64,000 nucleotides of DNA from an uncultured Actinomycetes bacterium (GCA_963742735.1 CAVUMN010000004.1:1-64000), one strand, 5' to 3'; shown: positions 1-9,903, numbered from the stretch's first letter. Notes: generated by a model from the sequence alone, not told the origin. Numbers and translations: made by a program.

Positions 1-1
1 G

Positions 2-549
2 GACGGCCACGTGGATGTGTACGACGGCGTGAGCTCGCCGACCGGCGAGGCCGCCGACATGCCCGTGGGCGTGGCGCTCGGACGCGCGCCCGAGTCCTGG
101 GTGGCCGCGGCCGGCGGGCCCAGCACGGAGGCCCGAACGTGGTCGCCCTCGGCGCCCGTGACGAGGAGGAGCGCGCGGACATCGCGCCACTGATCGCAGG
201 TGAGCTCTCCGAGCTGCGCGTGGTCGCACCACCGGAGATGCGCTCGGCCGGCCCCGGTGCCGCCGCCCGCTCGAGCGCCGAATGGCTCGCCGAGCGGGCC
301 GGCAGCTTCTGGCTTCACCTCGACGTGGACGTGCTGGACGAGGCCGCCATGCCCGCCACCGACTACCTCATGCCGGCCGGGCTCGAGTGGGACGAGCTCG
401 CGGAGCTGCTGGCTCCGCTCGGGGCGTCGCCCGCGCTCGCCGGCGTGAGCCTCGCATGCCTCAACCCGGAGAGGGATCCCGGCGGCCGGCTCACCGAGCG
501 CACCAGCGCGCTTGTGGCGGGCGCATTCGATGAGAGCGGTTCCCCCTAG
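2..549 (+). CDS. Arginase/ureohydrolase family protein, C-terminal part (5' end outside window; apparent frameshift near 130-140)
   Basis: DGHVD...TGEAADMP motif at the window start, then HLDVDVLD...MPA...GL and NPERD in ORF 139..549; these are the arginase-family metal-binding motifs. Confidence 0.85.
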   Translation, partial: RPRGCVRRRELADRRGRRHARGRGARTRARVLGGRGRRAQHGGPNVVALGARDEEERADIAPLIAGELSELRVVAPPEMRSAGPGAAARSSAEWLAERAGSFWLHLDVDVLDEAAMPATDYLMPAGLEWDELAELLAPLGASPALAGVSLACLNPERDPGGRLTERTSALVAGAFDESGSP

Positions 550-606
550 CGGGGGACGGCCCCCGTCGGATAGCGTGCCCGAAGCTGTCGACAGAGGGGG
601 AGTGCA

Positions 607-2649
607 GTGAAGAACGGGTCGTTCCTGCGTCGTGTTATTTTGATGTGCACGGTGCTCGGCGCCCTGCGCTGGCCCGCTGTGGCGTTCGCGCATCTGGAGC
701 GGCCGTCCTACTGGCCCGATCCCGCCCCCGACACGTCGGTCTGCCCGGCCGCGGGCGGCAAGGTGCCGGAGCTGCGCTCGCTCGAGTCGGCGGTCACCGG
801 CAAGGGGGCCGGCAAGGTCCGCGTCGTGTGCCAGGGCCGCGGTGGCTGGAAGTCGCTCGAGCTGCTCGCGAGTCGATCGAGAAGGCGCGCAAGCACGGCT
901 ACCGGATCCGGCCGAGCCAGCCGAAGCTCTACCTGAGCCGACGCGAGGCCTCGAGCTGCTGCTGGCAGAACCTCGCGCTCGCGAGAAGTGCAAGTACAAC
1001 GAGATCCAGCCGGCCGTCTTCGCCTCGGGCAACAACGACCGCGTGGTCGTCATGCCGGGCCGCTACACCGAGCCGACCTCGCGCGCCCAGCCGCTCAACG
1101 ACCCGCGCTGCGCCAACCTCACCCAGACGGACTCGGGCGGCGCCAAGACGCCGAGCTACCGCTACCAGGTCACCTGCCCGAACGACCAGAACCTCGTCTA
1201 CGTCCAGGGCCGCGCGGTCTCGCGACGCGCCCCGCCGCAGCCCCCGCTGACCAACCGCCAGGGCATCCCCGACCTCGGGCCCTGCGTGCGCTGCAACCTC
1301 CAGCTCGAGGGCACCGGCGTGCTGCCCACCGACGTGATCATCGACGGCGCCTCCGACTACGAGTCGGGCGATGCCGAGGCGCGGCCGCGCACGCTGCACA
1401 AGCACGTGATCATGCGCGCCGACCGCGCCGACGGCTTCGTGGCGCACAACTTCACCGCCCGCGGCGCGCTCGAGCACGGCATCTACATCGAGGAGACCGA
1501 CGGCTACCGGATCGACACGGTGAAGATGTTCTGGGCGGCCGACTACGGCAACCTCACCTTCACCTCCGACCACGGCCTCTACACGGACTGCGACGGATTC
1601 GGCGCCGGCGACGCGGTGCTCTATCCGGGCGCCGCGCCCGAGACCGGCGAGCAGGCCGACCTGTCCTTCTATCCCGACGCGCCGCGCATCAACACCACGG
1701 TGCGGCGAGTGCGACATGCACGGAAGCGTGCTCGCCTACTCGGGCTCGATGGGCAACGCCGTGCGGATCACCAACAACCACATCTACGGCAACACCGCCG
1801 GGATCTCGACCGACACCATCTCCGCGGGCGGCCATCCCGGCTACCCGGCGGACAGCGTCCAGGTGGACCACAACTACATCTACTCGAACAACCTGGACCT
1901 GTTCGCCCGAACCCGCCGGTCGACCCGGTGGTGGGCATCCTCCCCTCGGGCGTGGGCATCTTCTGGGCCGGCCACAACAACGGCCGGGTGCACGACAACT
2001 GGATCTGGGACAACTGGCGCGACGGCGCCTTGCTGCTCTCGATCCCGGACTTCCTGGTCACGCCCGAGGGCAACATCAACCCGGGCGGCTCGTGCAAGAG
2101 CGACCCGCGTGAACCCGCGCTGTCCACCTCGTGCGGCAACCGCTACTACGACAACCACCTCGGCCGCGTGCCGCAGGGGCTTCAAGCCGTTCGCCGCCCT
2201 CTACGGCTTCGGCAACAACGTGGGCCCGACCCGCGGCGTCGCGAGGAACGGCGTGGACTTCTGGTGGGACGAGGGCGGCCTCGGCACCGTCGTCGGGCAA
2301 CTGCTGGTTCAACAACGAGGGCTCCGACGGCACCGACGGCCAGCGTGACCGGCTCCGGGGTCGGCGACGGCAACGACTCGCTGCCGTCCGACTGCACCAG
2401 CACCGCGGCGGCGACGGGGTGAAGCTCTCCTACCTGCTGTCCTGCTTCCTGGCGCGCGAGGGCGACCTGCCGCCCGAGCAGTGCGACTGGTACACGCTGC
2501 CGCCGCAGCCGGGCTCGCCGGCCGCCGCGGCCAAGCAGAAGGCGTTCGAGGAGGGCGCGCGCGAGTTCCTCAAGACCGCGCGGGCCAAGCAGCTGCAGGA
2601 CAAGGTCGGCGAGGTCACGGGCATCGCCGAGTCGGAGCCGCCGGAGTAG
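607..2649 (+). CDS. Secreted right-handed parallel beta-helix (pectin-lyase-like) protein, several apparent frameshifts
   Basis: Signal peptide (..AVAFA|HLERPSYWPDP); IQPAV..VVVMPGRY; NFTA..HGIYIEETDGY; NNHIYGNTAGI; DNWIWDNWRDG repeats spread across ORFs 607, 842, 1716 and 2131. Confidence 0.7.
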
Positions 2650-2651
2650 GC

Positions 2652-3014
2652 ATGACGGCGCGGCCAATCGCGGCGGGCGGCCGCGCTCCTCGCCGCGGTG
2701 CTGCTGGCGCCTGCGGCGGCGGACCGGCCAGACAAGAAGGCCAAGCCCGTGGGCGAGATGCTCGTGGGCTCGGTGGCCCCGATGGCCCAATGCACGGACT
2801 GGAACGGGGGCACCCGCGACGAGCGGATGGCGACGATCGACGACATCCGCGAGCAGATGAACCTCAAGGACAGCGCCGTCCAGACGCCCGAGCTGTCCGA
2901 CAAGGCCGCCTACCGGGTGCTCGACGGCATCTGCAGCCGGCCCTACGCCGGCAGGTTCCGGCTCTACAAGCTGTACGCGCGCGCGGACAGCTTCGCGCCT
3001 TCGCCGAGGACTAG
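2652..3014 (+). CDS. Small secreted hypothetical protein (two Cys), apparent frameshifts at both ends
   Basis: ATG 2652 directly after the upstream stop; hydrophobic N-terminus; core AQCTDW...LDGICSRPYAGRFRLYKLY in ORF 2698; ends ..AFAED* at 3014 in another frame. Confidence 0.55.
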   Translation: MTARPIAAGGRAPRRGAAGACGGGPARQEGQARGRDARGLGGPDGPMHGLERGHPRRADGDDRRHPRADEPQGQRRPDARAVRQGRLPGARRHLQPALRRQVPALQAVRARGQLRAFAED

Positions 3015-3065
3015 GCGGGGCGGGCGGTGTGGCTCGTCCAAGAGCCTCACCGCCGGACTCCGCCC

Positions 3066-4400
3066 CTACCTCCCGCTCTCGACCGCCCCTGCCGCGCCGA
3101 CATCCCCCTGCCTGCGCACAGCGCTTCCGTTGCCATTGCCGTTCCCGCGCACGCGGATCCGGCGCTGGCGTCCGCCATTCGTGGCCGGCCGCGGGCGGCT
3201 GCCCACCGCCGCGATCGTCCTCACGGCCTCCTCGCCGGCCGCCGTGGATGTGTCGATCTCCGGATCGAGCGTCAACAGCGACACGCCGCGGCCGGAGAGC
3301 CGGCCGAGCAGGTCGTCGATCTCGGCACGCGACCGCCCGAGGCGCGCCACGTCCGACACCACCAGGCCGGTGGCCCGGTCCGCGGCGAACTGCTCGAGCG
3401 CGTAGATGATGCCCGGGCGCTCGAGCGTCTCCTGCTCACCCGGATTCTCGTCGCGGACCACCCCGATCAGGCGGAAGCCGCGACGCTTGCAGAGCCGCTC
3501 GATCAACTCGATCTGAGCGAACAGCTCGGCATGGCGCTCCGGATACGTGGTCGGAACGGTCACGTAGCCCAGCACCGCCGCACCCGGACGCAGCGCACCC
3601 TGGAGCTCCCACGGCTCGGGGTGTGCCTGAAGCGCCGGCGGCAGCGGCGTCTGCACCTCGGCGTACCGGACCCAGAACGGCAGCTTCCGTGAGGGGTCGA
3701 GCACGTAGAAGCGGCTGCCCTTGGCCCGCTTCTCCTTGTCCCGCAGCTCCGGGATCTCCACCGCGTAGGCGGTGCCGCTGAAGCGGCCGATCCCAGGATC
3801 CTCGCTCTCTCCCGCGAGCTCGAGGCCCCTGCCGAGCGGGACGATCGCCGGCGCCGGGTGGCGGCGGCGCATGACCGTCACGCCGTACCGCACGAGCAGC
3901 GCCGCTCCGAGCCCCAATCCAGCCGCCGCCAGCGCGATCAGGATCCAGGGCCGTCCCTCCTCACCCGCGGGCGAGGCGCGGCCGGTGTGGCGGTCCGGCC
4001 GCGGGCGTCTCGTGGGCCGCTTCACGCGAGCGGCCGGTGCCGGGGTATCGGTTCGGCTGCGAACCTCCGCCAGGCGCGCGGCGAGCGCCGACCGCGTCCG
4101 CGGTCCAACCACGCCGTCTGCCTTCACGTGCCAGTGCCGCTGCGCGCGGCGCACCGCGCGCTCGGTCCTTGGACCGAACCTGCCGTCGATCGGACCTGGT
4201 CGCTCCCCGACCGCCCGCAGGCGGCGCTGGAGCACCTTTACGCGCTGCGAGCCATCCGGCTTGGCAAATCCGGCACCGCTGGCCAGCAGGCCGCGCGTGG
4301 GCTGCTCTGCCGCCAGTGCGGCCTGGGGGATGCCCAGCAGCAGCACCATCCCCAGCAGCAACCCGGCGCCGGTGGGCCAGGCTCTCGTTGTTCCAAACAT
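3066..4400 (-). CDS. Membrane protein: signal peptide + peptidoglycan-binding domain (PG_binding_1) + TM helix + degenerate serine-recombinase (resolvase) catalytic domain
   Basis: VKVLQRRL..GPIDGRFGPRTERAV..ADGVVGPRT (PG-binding); PWILIALAAAGLGLGAALLV (TM); VLGYVTVP..Q...RPGI..LVVSDVARLGRS..LDPEIDTSTAAG (resolvase fold, lacking YxRxS); RBS AAGGAG upstream. Confidence 0.8.
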   Translation of the reverse strand: MFGTTRAWPTGAGLLLGMVLLLGIPQAALAAEQPTRGLLASGAGFAKPDGSQRVKVLQRRLRAVGERPGPIDGRFGPRTERAVRRAQRHWHVKADGVVGPRTRSALAARLAEVRSRTDTPAPAARVKRPTRRPRPDRHTGRASPAGEEGRPWILIALAAAGLGLGAALLVRYGVTVMRRRHPAPAIVPLGRGLELAGESEDPGIGRFSGTAYAVEIPELRDKEKRAKGSRFYVLDPSRKLPFWVRYAEVQTPLPPALQAHPEPWELQGALRPGAAVLGYVTVPTTYPERHAELFAQIELIERLCKRRGFRLIGVVRDENPGEQETLERPGIIYALEQFAADRATGLVVSDVARLGRSRAEIDDLLGRLSGRGVSLLTLDPEIDTSTAAGEEAVRTIAAVGSRPRPATNGGRQRRIRVRGNGNGNGSAVRRQGDVGAAGAVESGR

Positions 4401-4477
4401 CTTTCACTCCTTGTTCGAGCGGAAAACGAGCCGGACGTCTGGCGTCCGGCGTAGAGCCAGCTAGCGCTGCTAGCCGG
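4384..4477 (-). promoter_or_regulatory. Set of hairpins covering the upstream stop codon and the RBS/start codon of the 3066..4400 gene
   Basis: Minus strand: CCGGCTAGC-agc-GCTAGCTGG (4477..4457, contains the TAG); GCCGGACG-ccaga-CGTCCGGC (4450..4430); CTCGTTTTCC (4430..4421) pairs with GGAAcAACGAG (4394..4384), enclosing AAGGAG and the ATG. Confidence 0.5.
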
Positions 4478-5434
4478 GGCGCTCGAGGAGTGCGAGATGG
4501 GCCTGCGGCCTGAGACAGGCCGCGGCCTCGATGAGCCGGCTCGAGCGCAGGGCCGCGAGGCCCATCAGCGCGAGGAACGCGGCAAAGACTGCTCCGGCGA
4601 AGGAGCCGCTGCCCGAGGAGGCGCTGCCCATCGAGGGTCCGCCGGGACCCTGAGGCGACGGCGGTGGCTCCGGGTCGGGCGCGGGACCGCCACCTCCGTG
4701 CGGGGACTCGGCGAGCCACCGTCCGGGCTGGGGGCGCCGCTCACGCCGATGGCCGGGGGCACCTGCAGCGCGGCTCCGGCTCCGGCCGCGGCTCATCCAG
4801 AGATCGCGCAGATCGGCGCCGGGGAGCGGCCTGGTCTTGGAGATGTTCTCGACCGTGGGCGGAGCCAGGGGCGACGCCGATGCCGGCAGGTTGAGGACGA
4901 CGGGAGCAGGCGGTGTCGATCCGATGTCGGTGGGAGCGGGTCACCGCCGGGCCGAGCGGAGGATCGGATCCGGGGCCGTCGATGACCGGGCTGGGACGGC
5001 GGGCACCGCCGGGTCCACGACCGGATCGACGGGCGGGTGGACACGAGGGTCGGTGATCGGTCACCGGATCCACGACCGGATCGACGGCCTGGATGACCGG
5101 ATCGACGGCGGGGTCGATGACCGGTCGACCGGAGTGACCACCGGATCGACGGGACCGGATCGATCACCGGGTCCACGACCGGGTCGACGACGTCCGTGAC
5201 CGGATCCACCACCGGATCGACGCCGGCGGGACGACGGGATCGAGCACCTCCGGTACCGCGGGGAGCGCCGGCGCCTCGGTGAGGTCGGAGACGACCGGGA
5301 CGACGTCAGGGATCGCGACGGGCAGCTGCGCGGAGGCCGCGGCGGGGAGGATGCAGGCGCCGACGAGCGCCAGGGCGAGAGACGACCGCCCTGATTCCCC
5401 AGGTCCCTACGGCTCTGTGTCCGTCCCCTGCCAA
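4470..5434 (-). CDS. Hypothetical exported Pro/Val/Asp-rich protein ending in a hydrophobic segment and LLERPG-stop; multiple apparent frameshifts
   Basis: Probable TTG start ~5434; SLALALVGACILPAAASA signal peptide; VDPVVDPVTDVVDPVVDPVIDPV repeats; C-terminus FAGAVFAAFLALMGLAALRSSRL..HLALLERPG*. Confidence 0.6.
4975..5245 (-). repeat. Degenerate ~12-bp coding tandem repeat (VDPV/IDPV units)
   Basis: Recurrent gaccggatcgac / gaccgggtccac units on the + strand. Confidence 0.7.
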
Positions 5435-5595
5435 TCCTCTAGCTCCAGCTGCGCTTTCCGTGCGGTTGCCGATGACTCCAGAAGCATTACCCGTCTGCAC
5501 CGATTCTCCTGCGCCAAATTGGGCAAACGCAACTGGCTTATGCCGCAAAGTCCGGCTTTTTACACCTGCGGCCGGTCGGAACGGTGCACTCACGG

Positions 5596-8500
5596 TCAGA
5601 ACCCCAGCGCGTGGATCGCGATCGACTGGTCGTCGCTGATGGGCGGGCCGAAGGGGCTGGTGGGCCCGTCGGCGAAGGCATCGATGTTGTAGCGCCGCGA
5701 GCCGGCCACGGATTCCCACGAGTAGCGCGCGACGTTGTGCTCGACGCTCGTCTGGATGCCGAGCCAGTACCAGCCGGGCCTGAGATCGACCGTGTACGGC
5801 AGATAGAGGCCCACCCATCCCGGCGGACGGCCCGCGCTGACGGTGGACTCGAAGCTGCTGGTGAGCAGCGCGCCGGGCTGGCCCGCCTGGTCGGCGTAGA
5901 TGAGCCCGCGCAGCTTCTGCGATCCGGTGCCGCCCCCGTTGCCGTCCGCGTGGACGGTCAAGGACCGAACCGTGGCCGGGAACCACAGGAAGAACCGCGA
6001 GGCGCGCTTGACGTTGGCGCTCGTGGCGCTGAACGAGCCGCCCGGGTTCCCCCGCCCGAACAGGAAGCCGACGGAGGGCGCCGGCACTGCCGCCGACGCG
6101 AGCCGGCCCCAGTTGCCCGCATCGTCCTGGTAGAGGACCGCCACCCGGGTGGTCTTCGAGCCGATGTCGGCCACCGTGTGCGACTCGGTCTGCCCGGATC
6201 CGGCGCTCGCGTCGAAGTCGCCCACCACGGTGCCGTCCGTGGGGTGGTTGATCGGGCCCGTGGACTTGACGATCCGGTAACGGCGGGCCTGGCCGCACTG
6301 CCAGTCGTCGCCGGGTGCCGTGAACGTGAGCGTGGCCGAACGGCCGTTGCGGGTCACGCCGAGCTGGGTGGGCGTGCCCGGTGGGCGGCTGTCCACGCCG
6401 TACGCGCCGGTGGACCACTCGTCGTGACGGGAGGTCCACCACTCGTCGTTGCCGCCGCAGGCGGGCCTGTCGGTATCCCAGAGGAAGGAGTTGCCCTCGC
6501 GGGTGAGCGCTGCCACCTCCAGGTTCCCGTCGCCGTCCACGTCGCCCACGGCGGGAACGCCGAACAGCCACCCGCCCGTGAACTTGGGCCAGCCGGCGCC
6601 CTCGACGCCGGTGGAGTTGATGTTGCGCAGGTAGTAGAGCCCCGTGCCGACGATCACCTCCTTGCCCGCCGCGGCGGACACGTCGGCCACGGCCGGGCTG
6701 GACAGCAGCTGGTAATCCTCGACCGCCTGCGGGAAGGCCGGTAGGGACGCCCCTGTCTGCCCGTTCCACGCCTGCATCACGTGGTTGTAGGGAAGGTTCT
6801 GGCCGACCGCCACGCCGAGGTTCACCAGCTGGTTGAGGGTGAGCCCGCCCTTGACCACCTCGGGTCCCGCGAGCGTGGAGTCCAGGTCCGCGACGATCGG
6901 GTTCTCGAAGAGATTCAGCACGCGCACCTTGTCCACGTGCTCCCCGCCCGCGGGCGAGGCGTCGTAGGTCGTGACCGGCGAGCCGTCACCGTTGTGGGCC
7001 TCCACGTCGCCCGTGGCCACGTTTCCGATCACCTCGAGCAGCGGGTCGGCATCCACGTTGGCCAGCACGTGGTCCACCCCGGGCCCGACCAGCGGAAGCG
7101 CGTCCGGCACCGCGCCGTTCGGCTTGATCGGCCAGCCGGGCAGGACCGCCCCGTTCGCCCCGAGGGCGTAGGTGCGCCCGCTGCCTCCCAGCGCGTTCGC
7201 GAGGATGTTGGTGACTCCACCGCGGATCGTGCCGGCCAGATCGAGCGGGCCCGTCGGGGTGCCCGGCGCCGTGGGATCGGGGTCGAACTCGGCGGTGGGC
7301 ACGACTATCTCCGGACGGGCGTCGCCGGCGATGTTGCCCAGCGCGGCCGTGTTGATGATCTCGGCCCCGTCGAGGGCGGGATCCCTGAGCTTGCTCGGGA
7401 AGCCCGGCAACGGATTGCCCTGGCCGTTCCAGGCGTACACGTGCTGGTCGAGGGACGGCACGACGATCTCGAGGGCCGGCCCGCCCACCAGGTCTCCGAG
7501 GGTGGGGGAGGCGATGAAGCCGCGCTTGATGTGGTTCTCGCGCGTGCGCAGAGCGGGGGTCGACTTCGACGGGTCGATCCGGACCGGGAACCCGGGGACC
7601 ACGCTGCCGTCGGCGTTCCACGCGTACACGTGCTCGCCCGCCGAGTCCACGATCTCGGGCTCGAGGTCGCCGTCCACGTCGCCGATCGCCGGCGTGCGCA
7701 GGACCTCGCGCGGGGGCGTGACCTGGGCGTATGAGGGCGCGCCCGGGTGCACGTTCGCGTAGGTGAGCGTGCGGACCGGCTGGCCGCCGTTGAAGCTCCC
7801 GAGCGGTGTGCCGTCGGCCTTGAGCACGTTCAGCTCACCGCTCGAGTCGGCCTCCACAACGTCCAGCTCATTGTCGCCGTCCAGGTCGAACAGCCGCTGC
7901 GAGGCCTCGCCGCCCGTGCCGGTGTGCCGCGACCAGCCGGAGTGCTGCGTGGTGTCGCGGTAGGCGAACAGCACCTTGCGGTCCTCGCCGCGGTTGCCCG
8001 CCGTGTCGGTCACCACGACCCGGACCGTGAAGGCGGGCTCGTTGGGGTCCTTGTCGCCCGGGCCCTTGGCGGGTGCGGTGGGATCGGTGGTGGCCCCGCC
8101 GCCCGTGCGCGCGTCGAGCGCGGAGCGCACGGTGTTCAGGTTGATCGTGCCGAGCGTCCCGTCGATCGGCGCCGAGGCGCTCTGCGTGCTCACGTCCTGG
8201 AAATCCGCCTCGGCCGGCTCGATGCCGGGCGCCCACTGGAGCTTCCACGTGTACCCGGCCGCCCGCTTGGCGGACAGCCGCCCGCTGATCTGAACCGATG
8301 TCTGGCGGGCCAGGTTGAGCGGAGCGAACCAGTCGGGCCCCGTGATGAGGGCCTGCGGCGGGATCTTGCCCTGGTCGATCCGCTCGAGCGCGAGGCCGAG
8401 GTCGGGACGCCCGTAGCCGAAGTGCTGGTCCCAGCCGACCTGTGCGGGATCGGCCACGCCCGTGCCGGTGGTGTTCTGCGCCACCACGTCCTCGGCGGTG

Positions 8501-9903
8501 AGCGTGAGGAGCTGCTTGATCTCGTTCGGCTCGAGCGGCGCCGCGGGCGTCTTCTGGCGCCCGAAGGAAGCCACCAGTCCCGCCGCTCCCGCCGCCTGCC
8601 CGGTGGCCTGCGATCCGGTGACCGCCGGCATGACCACGTGGGCGTGGCCGCCGTACTGGGTCGTGCCCGAGTTTCGGAACCAGGTGCCGATCGGGGCCGA
8701 GGTGGGGATCCCGAGGTCGCCGAGGAAGGCGCCTATCTCGGCGCTGCTCTGACCGAGCCCCTCGACATCGGACACGCTGCCCTGCACCTGCATCGCCTCG
8801 TCGTAGACGGTCGGGATGTTGTGGTCGGCCGTGTTGAGGTCCGAGGAGACGATCGCGAGGAAGACGCCCTTGCGGTACGCCTCCCTGAACGCCGCCCGGC
8901 CGAAGCGCGAATTGAAGAGGCCTCCAACCGCGCCCTCCACGACCTCGATGTTGTTGTCCGCGGCGTAGAGGACGGCCTGGGAGAAGTTGTTGACGTCCAT
9001 CACGAAGGTGTCCCACGACCGCAGCGGCACGATCTGGCAGCGCGGGCAGACGCCGGTGCCACCGGTCCCCTCGTTGGTCTGTGACCCCGCCTCCGCGGCG
9101 CGTCCCGAGCCGTGGTTGGAGGCGCTCGAATAGCTCGACGCGTCGTACGGGTCGTTGTCGTCGTCGAAGAAGTCCCAGCCGGCGATGTCGTCGACATAGC
9201 CGTTGGAGTCGTTGTCGCCGTCGCCGTCGAAGGCGGCGAGCAGGTCGCTCGCGTCGAGGATCGTGTCCGCCTCGGCGTGGCCGTCCGTGATCGACACGCG
9301 CGGGTCGTTGGCGAAGTCGTCGACGTCGAACGCGCCGTCGTTGTTGCAGTCGTCCTGGGCGCAGGCGGCGCCGCCGGTGGTCTGCGGGGTGGGCAGCTCG
9401 CCCTCGTTGAGCGCGATCTTCTTCCGGAGCTGGCCGTTGTTCCAGCGGATGCCGGTGTCGAGGATCGCGATCTCCACGTCCGGGCGGCCGATGGACCGCT
9501 TCCAGGCACGGTCGGCCGACACGCCCGACACCTGGCCCAGCGGGTTGCGGCCCGCCGTGGTGTTCTGCGCCTGAAGGCGCGTGACGTGGGCGTCGAACGG
9601 GGGCTTGTACAGGGCCGTGAGCTGTGAGGCGCCCGGCGCGAACCCGAAGCGCTCGAGCTCCTCGTCGAACACGTTCGAGCAGGTGGCGCCGCCCTCGTTG
9701 TCCGTCTCGCAGGCGTCGAAGTCCGGGTCGTTCGGCGCGTTTAGCCGGACGCTCTCGTCCGGGTTGGATCCCGGGAAGGCGCCGAGCGCGGGCGCGGCAG
9801 CGAGCAGGCACACGGTCAGTGCGGCTACAGCGAGGCGGCGGGCTCTTCCTCGGATCTTCAGGCTCCTGGGGCGGCGGGCGGCAAGCGTTTCACATCCGGG
9901 CAC
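5596..9903 (-). CDS. Secreted S8 (subtilase) peptidase with Ca-binding DxxDG loops, FG-GAP/VCBS repeats, an FN3-like domain and a C-terminal beta-sandwich
   Basis: ILDTG (Asp), NHGSGRA (His), VTGSQATGQAAG (Ser region); NGYVDDIAGWDF; DLDGDNELDVV, GDVDGDLEPEIV, GDVDGDGNLEV; signal LLAAAPALG. Confidence 0.85.
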   Translation of the reverse strand: MPGCETLAARRPRSLKIRGRARRLAVAALTVCLLAAAPALGAFPGSNPDESVRLNAPNDPDFDACETDNEGGATCSNVFDEELERFGFAPGASQLTALYKPPFDAHVTRLQAQNTTAGRNPLGQVSGVSADRAWKRSIGRPDVEIAILDTGIRWNNGQLRKKIALNEGELPTPQTTGGAACAQDDCNNDGAFDVDDFANDPRVSITDGHAEADTILDASDLLAAFDGDGDNDSNGYVDDIAGWDFFDDDNDPYDASSYSSASNHGSGRAAEAGSQTNEGTGGTGVCPRCQIVPLRSWDTFVMDVNNFSQAVLYAADNNIEVVEGAVGGLFNSRFGRAAFREAYRKGVFLAIVSSDLNTADHNIPTVYDEAMQVQGSVSDVEGLGQSSAEIGAFLGDLGIPTSAPIGTWFRNSGTTQYGGHAHVVMPAVTGSQATGQAAGAAGLVASFGRQKTPAAPLEPNEIKQLLTLTAEDVVAQNTTGTGVADPAQVGWDQHFGYGRPDLGLALERIDQGKIPPQALITGPDWFAPLNLARQTSVQISGRLSAKRAAGYTWKLQWAPGIEPAEADFQDVSTQSASAPIDGTLGTINLNTVRSALDARTGGGATTDPTAPAKGPGDKDPNEPAFTVRVVVTDTAGNRGEDRKVLFAYRDTTQHSGWSRHTGTGGEASQRLFDLDGDNELDVVEADSSGELNVLKADGTPLGSFNGGQPVRTLTYANVHPGAPSYAQVTPPREVLRTPAIGDVDGDLEPEIVDSAGEHVYAWNADGSVVPGFPVRIDPSKSTPALRTRENHIKRGFIASPTLGDLVGGPALEIVVPSLDQHVYAWNGQGNPLPGFPSKLRDPALDGAEIINTAALGNIAGDARPEIVVPTAEFDPDPTAPGTPTGPLDLAGTIRGGVTNILANALGGSGRTYALGANGAVLPGWPIKPNGAVPDALPLVGPGVDHVLANVDADPLLEVIGNVATGDVEAHNGDGSPVTTYDASPAGGEHVDKVRVLNLFENPIVADLDSTLAGPEVVKGGLTLNQLVNLGVAVGQNLPYNHVMQAWNGQTGASLPAFPQAVEDYQLLSSPAVADVSAAAGKEVIVGTGLYYLRNINSTGVEGAGWPKFTGGWLFGVPAVGDVDGDGNLEVAALTREGNSFLWDTDRPACGGNDEWWTSRHDEWSTGAYGVDSRPPGTPTQLGVTRNGRSATLTFTAPGDDWQCGQARRYRIVKSTGPINHPTDGTVVGDFDASAGSGQTESHTVADIGSKTTRVAVLYQDDAGNWGRLASAAVPAPSVGFLFGRGNPGGSFSATSANVKRASRFFLWFPATVRSLTVHADGNGGGTGSQKLRGLIYADQAGQPGALLTSSFESTVSAGRPPGWVGLYLPYTVDLRPGWYWLGIQTSVEHNVARYSWESVAGSRRYNIDAFADGPTSPFGPPISDDQSIAIHALGF

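Noticed and set aside
3066-3600. Resolvase as evidence of a transposon or integrative element
   Set aside because: Catalytic motif absent, fused behind a TM helix, and no transposase, terminal repeats or att sites seen
4975-5245. Short repeats as iterons or CRISPR
   Set aside because: Degenerate and codon-phased, encoding VDPV units inside a protein
5520-5585. GGGCAAAC...CGCAAAG..CCGG resembling a second c-di-GMP-I aptamer
   Set aside because: No GNRA-capped P2, no 3' TACCG/P1, and it faces away from the downstream gene; more likely promoter DNA of the minus-strand gene
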